A DNA stretch of 22,896 bases from assembly GCA_041497675.1 (NCBI GenBank), contig JBGQGY010000051.1, positions 1-22,896 of the forward strand, given 5' to 3'. Under the pieces are notes generated by a model, which saw only the letters and a list, made by a program, of their open reading frames with translations, made no database searches and was not told the origin of the DNA. The position numbers were made by a program, and so were the translations under genes. This stretch comes from a bacterium. GTDB lineage: Bacteria > Sysuimicrobiota > Sysuimicrobiia > Sysuimicrobiales > Humicultoraceae. Shown piece after piece: positions 15,178 through 22,896 of the stretch; position 1 is the first letter of the stretch; each line of letters starts with the position of its first letter.

Positions 15178-16125
15178 GTGGGACGCTACCTGCTGGAGCG
15201 CGCCGCCCAGGCGTTGGTCGTACTACTCGTCGTCTCCACGCTGACGTTCGTCATGGTGACGCTGGCCCCCGGGGGGCCGGAGATCATGATGACGATGGAG
15301 TCGACGCCGGATCAGCGCGAGGCGCTTGCGCGCCAGTTGGGTCTGGACCAGCCGCTGCTCGTGCGCTACGTGAAGTGGATGGGCTCCGCCGTGCGCGCGG
15401 ACTTTGGCCGATCTTTCGGCGACCGGCGGAAGGTCAACGAGGTCATTCGGGAGCGGCTGCCCAATACGCTGCTCCTCGCCGGCACGGCGCTGACGCTCTC
15501 GCTCTTGATTGGGATACCGGCCGGAATCATCTCTGCGACCCGGCGCCACTCGAGCGCGGACCACGTCGTCACGTTCGTCTCGTTCATCGGCGTATCCATC
15601 CCCGTCTTCTGGTTTGCCATCCTGCTCATCTTGCTGTTCACGGTGCATCTGCACTGGCTCCCGGCCTCTGGGATGGCCACCCCCGGAACGTCGTTCTTGT
15701 TGGCCGACCGCGTGACGCACCTGGTGCTCCCGGCTGTGGTCCTGGCTACGGCCACCCTGCCGAACCTGGTGCGCTTCATGCGCTCGGCGCTGATCGAGGA
15801 GATCGGGCAGGACTACGTGCGCACCGCGCGCGCCAAAGGGCTGCCGGGTCGGCAGGTGCTGTCGCGTCACGCGATTCGCAACGCGTTGATCCCGGTGGTC
15901 ACGGTGCTGGGCATCTTGATTCCCCGGTCGGTAGGCGGCGCCGTCATCACCGAAACGATCTTTGGCTGGCCCGGCATGGGTCAACTGGCTGTTGGGGCAA
16001 CGATCGGGCGTGACTTCCCGCTGATCATGGGGCTCACGGTCGTCGTCGCCATCGTCGTCATTTTGTGCAACCTGCTGGTCGACCTGGCGTACGGCTGGTT
16101 GGATCCCCGTATTACCTACACCTAA
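15178..16125 (+). CDS. ABC peptide transporter permease (OppB/DppB-like)
   Basis: LGLDQPLLVRY, ERLPNT, EAA-type DYVRTARAKGL and ETIFGWPGMG. Confidence 0.95.
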   Translation: MGRYLLERAAQALVVLLVVSTLTFVMVTLAPGGPEIMMTMESTPDQREALARQLGLDQPLLVRYVKWMGSAVRADFGRSFGDRRKVNEVIRERLPNTLLLAGTALTLSLLIGIPAGIISATRRHSSADHVVTFVSFIGVSIPVFWFAILLILLFTVHLHWLPASGMATPGTSFLLADRVTHLVLPAVVLATATLPNLVRFMRSALIEEIGQDYVRTARAKGLPGRQVLSRHAIRNALIPVVTVLGILIPRSVGGAVITETIFGWPGMGQLAVGATIGRDFPLIMGLTVVVAIVVILCNLLVDLAYGWLDPRITYT

Positions 16126-16155
16126 CAGCATGGGCAACGGCGCAAGGCGCACTCG

Positions 16156-17043
16156 ATGGACATAGCCGCGTCTACAACAGTAGCCCAGGTCCCCGCGCCG
16201 CCCCGAACGTTGTGGACGATCGCGGTCCGCCGGCTGCGGCGCAACGTCCCGGCGTTGATCGGCCTGGGCTATCTCATTGCCGTGCACCTGCTGGCAGTCT
16301 TCGGTCCCTGGCTGCTCCCCTGGGATCCCTTCGCCGCCGACCCGCTCACTCGGCTGGCCGGGAGCACCGCGCTGCACCCGCTGGGCACCGATGAGATCGG
16401 CCGCGACGTGCTGGCGCGGCTGATGCTCGGCGCGCGCGTGTCGCTCAGCGTCGGGCTCGTGGCGATGATCATCTCGGTGTCGCTTGGGGTCACGGTGGGC
16501 GCGCTGGCGGGCTATTTTGGCCGGCGCCCTGAGGCAGTCCTGATGCGTTTCACCGACGCGATGTTGGCCCTGCCCACGTTGTTTGTCATCCTGGCGGCGC
16601 TGGCCGTGTTTGGCGGCGGGCCGGCGACCTCGACCATTGTGATCGGCCTGACGACCTGGATGCCGGTGGCGCGTGTCGTCCGCGGCGAATACCTCCGGTG
16701 GCGCGTGACCGAGTTTGTGGACGCGGCGCGCGTCATCGGATCGAACGACCTGCGCATCATGCTCCGGCACATCCTGCCCCAGGTGGCACCGTCCATCATT
16801 GTGGCCGCCACGTTGAATGTCGCGTTTGCGATCCTGACCGAATCCGCGATCTCGTACCTGGGCCTGGGCATCCGCCCGCCGCTGCCGTCGTGGGGCAACA
16901 TGCTGCAAAACGCGCAAATCTATATCTGGTCGGCCCCGAGCCTGGCCGTCTATCCCGGGGCGATGATCCTGCTGACGGTGCTGGCGTACAACTTCGTGGG
17001 CGACGGACTCCGCGATGCACTCGATCCGCGTTTGAAAATCTGA
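16156..17043 (+). CDS. ABC peptide transporter permease (OppC/DppC-like)
   Basis: HPLGTDEIGRD, EFVDAARVIG, RHILP, PSWGNML and GDGLRDALDP. Confidence 0.95.
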   Translation: MDIAASTTVAQVPAPPRTLWTIAVRRLRRNVPALIGLGYLIAVHLLAVFGPWLLPWDPFAADPLTRLAGSTALHPLGTDEIGRDVLARLMLGARVSLSVGLVAMIISVSLGVTVGALAGYFGRRPEAVLMRFTDAMLALPTLFVILAALAVFGGGPATSTIVIGLTTWMPVARVVRGEYLRWRVTEFVDAARVIGSNDLRIMLRHILPQVAPSIIVAATLNVAFAILTESAISYLGLGIRPPLPSWGNMLQNAQIYIWSAPSLAVYPGAMILLTVLAYNFVGDGLRDALDPRLKI

Positions 17044-17119
17044 TTTACAGAAGGGAACGCCCGTTCATCACGAATTGTTCTGATGACCCCTGGTACGGCC
17101 ACTGAAGGAGGTTCTGCCG

Positions 17120-18889
17120 ATGAGTTCGGTCAGCACGTGGCGCAACACCGCTGATGAGCAGACCCTAATCGACGAGGTCAACCTCGACGAACCCTGGGCG
17201 CTCATTGAAACATACACCGGCCTCGTACGCGAATCCGGGACGAAGCCCGAACGGCGGTCGTTCGACTACCTGAGCAAACGCCTGAAGAAGTGCGGCGTCC
17301 CCCACACCGTGCACACCCCGACGCTGTTCATCAGCGTCCCGCGGAAGGCGCGTCTCGAGGTCGTAGCGCCGGAGCCGAAGACGCTGACGGCCAAGACGCC
17401 GGCGATGTCACTCTCGACCGGCGGCCGGTGGATGCGGGGCGAGGTCGTCTACCTGCAGACCGGGCAGATGGGCGAGATCCGCGGGTTGTTCGAGGGTGTC
17501 GGGGAAATCACACAAGACCTCACCGGGAAGATCGTGCTCACCGAAGGCTACGCGTCCCCCGGCAAGGTGTTTGATTTTATCAAACAGGGCGCCGATGCCG
17601 CGATCTTCATCAGCCCCGGCGAGCGCATCCACGAAGGCATTTGCACGACCATCTGGGGGTCACCCGATCTCGACTCGTGGGAGCGCAAGCCGACCATCCC
17701 GGTGGTGTCGGTCAGTAAGACCGAAGGCACGTGGCTGCGTGATCTGGCCAAGCAGGGAAAGGTCAAGGTCCGCCTGTCGACCAAACTCGACGAGGGATGG
17801 GTGCAGTGCCCGGTCTGCGTCGCGGAGATTCGCGGCGCGCAGGTGCCTGAGGAGTTTGTCCTGCTGCACGGGCACGTGGACGGCTGGCATCAGGGCGTCG
17901 GCGACAACGCGACCGGCGACGGCACCATGCTCGAAGTCGCGCGTATCCTCTGGAAACATCGCGACAAGCTGTCGCGCACCGTGCGCATCGCCTGGTGGCC
18001 CGGTCACTCGACGGGCCGTTACGCGGGATCGGTCTGGTACGCGGACACCTTCGGTCTGGACATCGACGCCAACTGTGTGGCCCATATCAACTGCGACTCG
18101 CCCGGCTGCCGGTGGGCAACGGTCTACGAGGATGTCTTCTGGATGAGCGAGGCCGAGGGTATCGGCAAGGCCGTCATCAAGGATGTCACCGGACAAGAGG
18201 CGAGCGGCGGCCGCCCCCTGCGCGCGGGCGACAAATCGTTCAGCAACATCGGCGTCTCGACGTTCTACATGTTGTCGTCGACGATGCCGAAGCCGCAGCT
18301 CAAGGAGAAAGGCTACTATCCCGTGGGCGGCTGCGGCGCCAACATCGCCTGGCACACTGAAGACGACACCATTGAGATCGCCGATCGTGTCAATCTGTTG
18401 CGAGATATCAAGGTGTATTTGGTCGCAACTTACCGCACCGCGAACGCGGTGTTTCATCCACTGGACTTTACCGCCCTGGCCGACGAGATTCACCGCACGC
18501 TGCAGACCTATCAGAACGCCACCGGGGGCGAGTTCGATCTCGGTGAACCCATCGCCGAGTCGTTGTCGCTGCGCGCCGATCTCGAACGCTGGTACCTCGA
18601 CCGCGCGCACCTGTTGGGCAAGTCGGTGTCCGATCCGGCGGTCCGGGCGGCGAACAAGACGCTGCGGAGACTGTCGCGGATCCTGGTCAAGATCAACTAC
18701 ACGCGCGCGGGCCGTTTCCGGCACGACCGCGCGGTCGACGTCCCACCGCTGCCAGATCTCGCGCCCGCGAAGACCTGGAAGAACTTGCAGAAAGACGGCG
18801 ATGTCTACCACCTCACCCTGAATCATCTCGTCCGCGGGCGCAACCGCGTGACCGCCTCGCTGCGCGACGCTCGGGCGTTGCTGGCCTAA
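17120..18889 (+). CDS. M28-family zinc peptidase/amidohydrolase with PA domain, cytoplasmic
   Basis: RBS AAGGAGG; HGHVDGW, GVGDNATG, HINCDSPG and WHTEDDT; no signal peptide. Confidence 0.85.
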   Translation: MSSVSTWRNTADEQTLIDEVNLDEPWALIETYTGLVRESGTKPERRSFDYLSKRLKKCGVPHTVHTPTLFISVPRKARLEVVAPEPKTLTAKTPAMSLSTGGRWMRGEVVYLQTGQMGEIRGLFEGVGEITQDLTGKIVLTEGYASPGKVFDFIKQGADAAIFISPGERIHEGICTTIWGSPDLDSWERKPTIPVVSVSKTEGTWLRDLAKQGKVKVRLSTKLDEGWVQCPVCVAEIRGAQVPEEFVLLHGHVDGWHQGVGDNATGDGTMLEVARILWKHRDKLSRTVRIAWWPGHSTGRYAGSVWYADTFGLDIDANCVAHINCDSPGCRWATVYEDVFWMSEAEGIGKAVIKDVTGQEASGGRPLRAGDKSFSNIGVSTFYMLSSTMPKPQLKEKGYYPVGGCGANIAWHTEDDTIEIADRVNLLRDIKVYLVATYRTANAVFHPLDFTALADEIHRTLQTYQNATGGEFDLGEPIAESLSLRADLERWYLDRAHLLGKSVSDPAVRAANKTLRRLSRILVKINYTRAGRFRHDRAVDVPPLPDLAPAKTWKNLQKDGDVYHLTLNHLVRGRNRVTASLRDARALLA

Positions 18890-18898
18890 GGGGGGAGA

Positions 18899-19948
18899 AT
18901 GAACGCGCTGGTGATCCACAAACATGGTGGACCCGAGGTCCTCACGGTCGAGCACGTCCCCACACCCGCTCCCGCGACGGGAGAAGTCCTCGTCAGGGTC
19001 CGGGCATGCGCGCTCAACGGTAAAGACATCTGGGCGCGTACCGGTCCGCCGGGGGGGCGGCCGACGTTCCCGTGGAAACCGCGCGCGTTTCCGTTCATCG
19101 GCGGTGGAGACGCGGCCGGCACCGTCGAGACCGTTGGGCCGGGCGTCGATGACTGGAACCCTGGCGACCGCGTCCTGATCAATCCGATCCTGTCGTGTGG
19201 CCGGTGCGAGTTCTGCCTAGCCGGCGAGCAGACCATGTGTGTGGACTACCGAATCTTCGGCGACCACACGCAGGGAGGATTCGCCGAGTATGTCGTCGCG
19301 CCGGCGGGAAACCTGATGCGGGTACCGGACGGTGTGCCGTTTGAGAAGGCGGCGATCCCCGCGGCCTACTGTACGGCGTGGCGCATGATGATCACGGCGG
19401 GCGGCCTGCGCGCCGGAGAGGACGTCCTGGTGGTCGGGGCATCCGGCGGTGTCGGGACGGCGGCGATCGTGATTGCCCGGATGGCGGGAGCCCGGCGTAT
19501 CTTCGCCGTCGTCGGCGGCGCCGAGAAGGCGAAGAAAGCCGAGGCGATCGGAGCCATCGCAATCGACCACCGCGACCATCCGGCGTTCAGCGAGCGTGTG
19601 CTCGATGCGACCGGTGGCGCCGGCGTCCACCTCGCGGCCGATCCGGTCGGCGCACCGACCTGGCAGCAGACGATCCGCAGCCTGCGGCGGGGTGGGCGCA
19701 TGACGATCTGTGGCGCAGCGGGAGGCGAGCGGCCCGACTTCGATATCCGCGAAGTCTACCAACGGCATCGGCGCATTATTGGCGCCCCGATGGGCAACGT
19801 CGGCGATTTGCGGGCGGTGATGGACTCGATCTTCTCCGGAGCGATCGATCCGGTCATCCATGCGGTGATGCGCCTCGCGGACGTCCGCGAGGCGCATCAC
19901 AATATGGAGCATCGTCTGCATTTCGGCAAAGTCGTGTTGGTTCCGTAG
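18899..19948 (+). CDS. MDR-superfamily zinc-binding dehydrogenase / quinone oxidoreductase
   Basis: GGPEVL, structural Zn CGRCEFC...C, GASGGVG and terminal FGKVVL. Confidence 0.92.
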   Translation: MNALVIHKHGGPEVLTVEHVPTPAPATGEVLVRVRACALNGKDIWARTGPPGGRPTFPWKPRAFPFIGGGDAAGTVETVGPGVDDWNPGDRVLINPILSCGRCEFCLAGEQTMCVDYRIFGDHTQGGFAEYVVAPAGNLMRVPDGVPFEKAAIPAAYCTAWRMMITAGGLRAGEDVLVVGASGGVGTAAIVIARMAGARRIFAVVGGAEKAKKAEAIGAIAIDHRDHPAFSERVLDATGGAGVHLAADPVGAPTWQQTIRSLRRGGRMTICGAAGGERPDFDIREVYQRHRRIIGAPMGNVGDLRAVMDSIFSGAIDPVIHAVMRLADVREAHHNMEHRLHFGKVVLVP

Positions 19949-19959
19949 AAACCTGCGGG

Positions 19960-19988
19960 TTGACAACGTCGCAGCCATCTTGGACGAT
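19960..19988 (+). promoter_or_regulatory. Putative sigma70 promoter, leaderless, for the 19995 gene
   Basis: Perfect TTGACA-17nt-GACGAT, 6 nt before GTG 19995. Confidence 0.5.
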
Positions 19989-19994
19989 AAGAAC

Positions 19995-20795
19995 GTGCCC
20001 AAAGCGACCACGGTGACGGAAATTGAAATCCGGGTGTTTGATCGCCCCCGGCCGTTCATCTTTCGTGGGCGTTCGCTGCGGGCGTTGTTGACGGCGCTGC
20101 GGCGCGAAGCCGATCGTGCCGGCCCGCACACGGCGCGTATCGTCACCCTCCTCGACGCGCTGGCAAAGGAAGGTTGGCGCTATGCGGGTCTCAAGGGCGA
20201 GATTCTCACGTTGGTCCACGCGCAGTCACAAGGCAGGACGCAGACCGAGACGTTTCTCACCGAGCGATTCGGCCCCGATCTGCTGAATCGCATCACCGTG
20301 CGCGAACGCCCCAACGGACCCTCACCCAAGCCACCGCGGCTCCCGAAAGCCGACGACGAACTCAGCCGCGAACTGCGCCGCCTCATCGGCGCCGAGCACC
20401 ACAAGAAGGACCTCTATCTCGGTCATCCCACCGAAGAACTCTCGGAACTCTTGCTGGACATGAGCTTTCTGGCGCAGGAGGCGATGGACAGTCCCGACGT
20501 GTCGCGGCTGGTCGATCGCCTTCGCGCCGAGCACGATGAGGACACACAGTACCGTGATCTGCACAGCCGGTATCTCTCGCTGACCGAGCGGACGGGGATG
20601 GGCCATCCCGCGGCCGAGGAAGCGTACTGGGACCTGTTCTCGTACACCTCGCACAAGCTGTCCCGCCTGGTCCCGGCGCTGCGGCAGTTTCTGGAAAAGC
20701 GCGGGTTCAATGATCTCTGCGAGCACGAGGCCACCGCGTTCCTGACCTCGGCGCTGTCACTCGCGCTGTCCACCATCGAGTCCGACGACCGCTGA
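19995..20795 (+). CDS. Hypothetical protein
   Basis: Long ORF with GC3-biased codons filling the gap between two clear genes; family not recognised. Start GTG 19995 (alternative TTG 19980). Confidence 0.75.
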   Translation: MPKATTVTEIEIRVFDRPRPFIFRGRSLRALLTALRREADRAGPHTARIVTLLDALAKEGWRYAGLKGEILTLVHAQSQGRTQTETFLTERFGPDLLNRITVRERPNGPSPKPPRLPKADDELSRELRRLIGAEHHKKDLYLGHPTEELSELLLDMSFLAQEAMDSPDVSRLVDRLRAEHDEDTQYRDLHSRYLSLTERTGMGHPAAEEAYWDLFSYTSHKLSRLVPALRQFLEKRGFNDLCEHEATAFLTSALSLALSTIESDDR

Positions 20796-20796
20796 A

Positions 20797-22239
20797 TTGT
20801 CCCTCGACCAATACCTGGAGCGCCTTGAGGCGTTCCAGGTCGACCTCAATCGAGAAATGTTCAACCAGGGGGCCGGGCTCGTCTACGACGAAGCCCGGAT
20901 GGCCACGGTGTCGGCCGACATCGAACGGCTGGCGACCGATGCGCTCCAAACCTTCCCCACCACCGCCTTCCCCCGACCGTTGCTCTGGGACACGCTGCTG
21001 AACAGCCGTGCCTCGGACTATACACGGCTGCGCAACGAGATCCATCGTTTGCGCGCGGAGGCCGTCACGGTGACGGTCGACGGCGAGACGGTGAACCTCT
21101 CAAACTGGCGGCTCTTCGTACGCAGACACCTGCGAGAAGGCGAGAAGCGCCGCCGCGCGTTCGATGGTTTGATGGAGGCCGCCGCCGTATTGACCCCGGT
21201 GTTGGAGGAACGGTTTGCGCTGAGCCGCACATTGTACGGTCAGTACGGCATCACGCCGCTGGACGTGTACCTGGAAGACGAAGAGATCTCGCTGCCGCGT
21301 CTCAAAGCGCTGATCACGACGACCGCCCATGCCGCGCGCGCGCCGTTTCGTGAGGCCGCCGACGGGTACGCCCGCGAACTGTTGGGAAAGCCCCTCGAGT
21401 ACTTCGACGACATGTACGTGTTCGCGGGATCGATCTACGAACCGTTCGACAATCACTTCGCCACGATCGATTTCGATAAATCCCTCAACGCCACGTACCG
21501 GCGCCTGGGTTTCGACCTTTCCCGCATCTCGATCGACGGTGAACCCCGGCCTGCCAAGCATGTGTCGCCATCGTGTTGGCCGATCCAGGTGCCCCAAGAC
21601 GTCAGGGTCATGTACCAGCGGACGAGCCCCTCCTATGACTACACGGGATACTGTCACGAGATGGGGCACGCAGTCCACTTCGCGTCGATTGACGCGGCGC
21701 GACCATACCACGAGCGCTATCTCGTCACCGACGGCGTCGCGGAAATCTTCAGTACGCTGTTTGAGACACTGGGGACGGACCCGCGTTTTCTCGCGGAGGA
21801 GATCGGCATGCCGGCGGATATCATCGCCGGGATCAGTGCACGAGAACGTTTTATGGAGTGGTCATTCCTGGTGTTCTACGGCGCCAACTCACTGTTCAAG
21901 GTCTTGTTCTGGGAAGACGGCCTCTCGGTCGCCGCAGGGGATGCGGTCTTCGCCACCCTGTACGCCGACCTCGTCGGTCAGATGATCCCGGGCCGCTACT
22001 GGCAAACGCACCACGTCACCGGCATGTATGACATCTACGCGCCTAGTTATCTGTTGGCCAAGATCAGAATGGAGGAGCTGAAGGTCCGGTTGCGCGCCGA
22101 GTTCGGCGAAGCTTGGTGGCGGAATCTGAAGGCCGGCGCCTATCTAAAAGATACGCTGATGGGACCCGGACGGGCCATCGATCCCGCGCCGTTCTCCCGG
22201 TTGGACGAAGGGCCGTACCTGCGCAGCGTTGGGCTCTAG
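20797..22239 (+). CDS. Gluzincin metallopeptidase (M3/M32-like)
   Basis: HEMGHAVH zinc motif with downstream third ligand DGVAEIF; PIQVPQDV and YAPSYLLA. Confidence 0.8.
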   Translation: MSLDQYLERLEAFQVDLNREMFNQGAGLVYDEARMATVSADIERLATDALQTFPTTAFPRPLLWDTLLNSRASDYTRLRNEIHRLRAEAVTVTVDGETVNLSNWRLFVRRHLREGEKRRRAFDGLMEAAAVLTPVLEERFALSRTLYGQYGITPLDVYLEDEEISLPRLKALITTTAHAARAPFREAADGYARELLGKPLEYFDDMYVFAGSIYEPFDNHFATIDFDKSLNATYRRLGFDLSRISIDGEPRPAKHVSPSCWPIQVPQDVRVMYQRTSPSYDYTGYCHEMGHAVHFASIDAARPYHERYLVTDGVAEIFSTLFETLGTDPRFLAEEIGMPADIIAGISARERFMEWSFLVFYGANSLFKVLFWEDGLSVAAGDAVFATLYADLVGQMIPGRYWQTHHVTGMYDIYAPSYLLAKIRMEELKVRLRAEFGEAWWRNLKAGAYLKDTLMGPGRAIDPAPFSRLDEGPYLRSVGL

Positions 22240-22895
22240 CGTTGCTCCGGCTGCCGGAGCGTCCGGAGCAGTTCGCCGACGATCACCTGCAACGCCGCCG
22301 CAATCGGCACTGCGAGCAACGCGCCGATGATCCCCATCAGATTGGCGCCCACCATGATCGCGACAAGGGTCAAGAGCGGAGACAGCCCCACCGCCTGCTT
22401 CATCACCCGCGGAACGAGTACGTTCCCTTCCGTCTGCTGAATCACGGTGAAGAAGATGATCACCGCGACGATCCGCCAGGCCGGTCCGATGAACAATGCC
22501 ACGAGCACCGCGGGGATCGCGCCGAGTACGGGCCCGATCATCGGGATCAGTTCGGTCACCCCGGCGACGACACCCAATAGAAACGGATAGGGTAGTCCGA
22601 GGATCCAGGTTCCGAGACCGGCGGCGATGCCGATGACCAGCCCCAGGAAAAGCTGTCCACGCAACCATCCCCCGAACTTGAGCCCGATGTGCTGGAGCAC
22701 ACTCTCGAGCTGCCTGTGACGCGCGCGTGGAAAGAGATCGAGGAACCCCTGCTTGATGGCGGGGCCTTCAAGCAACATGTAAAAGCTCAGGATCAGCACG
22801 GTGATACCGGAGACGACGCCGCCGAAGACACGAAACGCGACGCCGGTCGCCGTCCCCAGATACGAGGTTAGGCGGCCGGCCTCATCAGGAAGTCG
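22236..22895 (-). CDS. AI-2E family transporter (5'-truncated by window edge)
   Basis: WLRGQL, ELIPMIGP, QQTEGNVLVPRVM and GALLAVPIAA; frame is open to the window end. Confidence 0.93.
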   Translation of the reverse strand, partial: RLPDEAGRLTSYLGTATGVAFRVFGGVVSGITVLILSFYMLLEGPAIKQGFLDLFPRARHRQLESVLQHIGLKFGGWLRGQLFLGLVIGIAAGLGTWILGLPYPFLLGVVAGVTELIPMIGPVLGAIPAVLVALFIGPAWRIVAVIIFFTVIQQTEGNVLVPRVMKQAVGLSPLLTLVAIMVGANLMGIIGALLAVPIAAALQVIVGELLRTLRQPEQR

Positions 22896-22896
22896 A

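Noticed and set aside
22236..22895. AI-2E transporter as part of the quorum-sensing system
   Set aside because: The family is ubiquitous with diverse substrates and lies about 19 kb from the cassette; the name alone is not evidence.
1..22896. CRISPR arrays, tRNA/rRNA, transposases or integrases
   Set aside because: No spaced direct repeats, structural RNA signatures or recombinase motifs were seen.

Overview
High-GC bacterial window (roughly two-thirds G+C by eye; host not identifiable from sequence alone) that is densely coding. The left ~5 kb is accessory-like and holds the most interesting locus. On the minus strand it runs DinB-family gene -> small stand-alone copy of a protease prodomain -> subtilisin (S8) protease -> AT-rich palindrome-bearing spacer -> 44-aa secreted propeptide gene absent from the ORF track (2739-2873, MKKALCFAMAVIAAISLILVSPLVTDTTTRVQWQTTDIDAPGGG) -> HTH-XRE + TPR regulator. 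This is the architecture of an RRNPP-type (NprR/PlcR-like) peptide signalling cassette, a family established almost only in Bacillota. The rest of the window carries a membrane-fused type II NADH dehydrogenase with a repeat membrane partner, DUF1684, a redoxin, YbaK and a Ski2/HelY-like helicase. It also carries a racemase / peptide-ABC / M28 peptidase / MDR operon, an orphan plus gluzincin peptidase pair, and a truncated AI-2E transporter. No rRNA, tRNA, CRISPR array or transposase was recognised.
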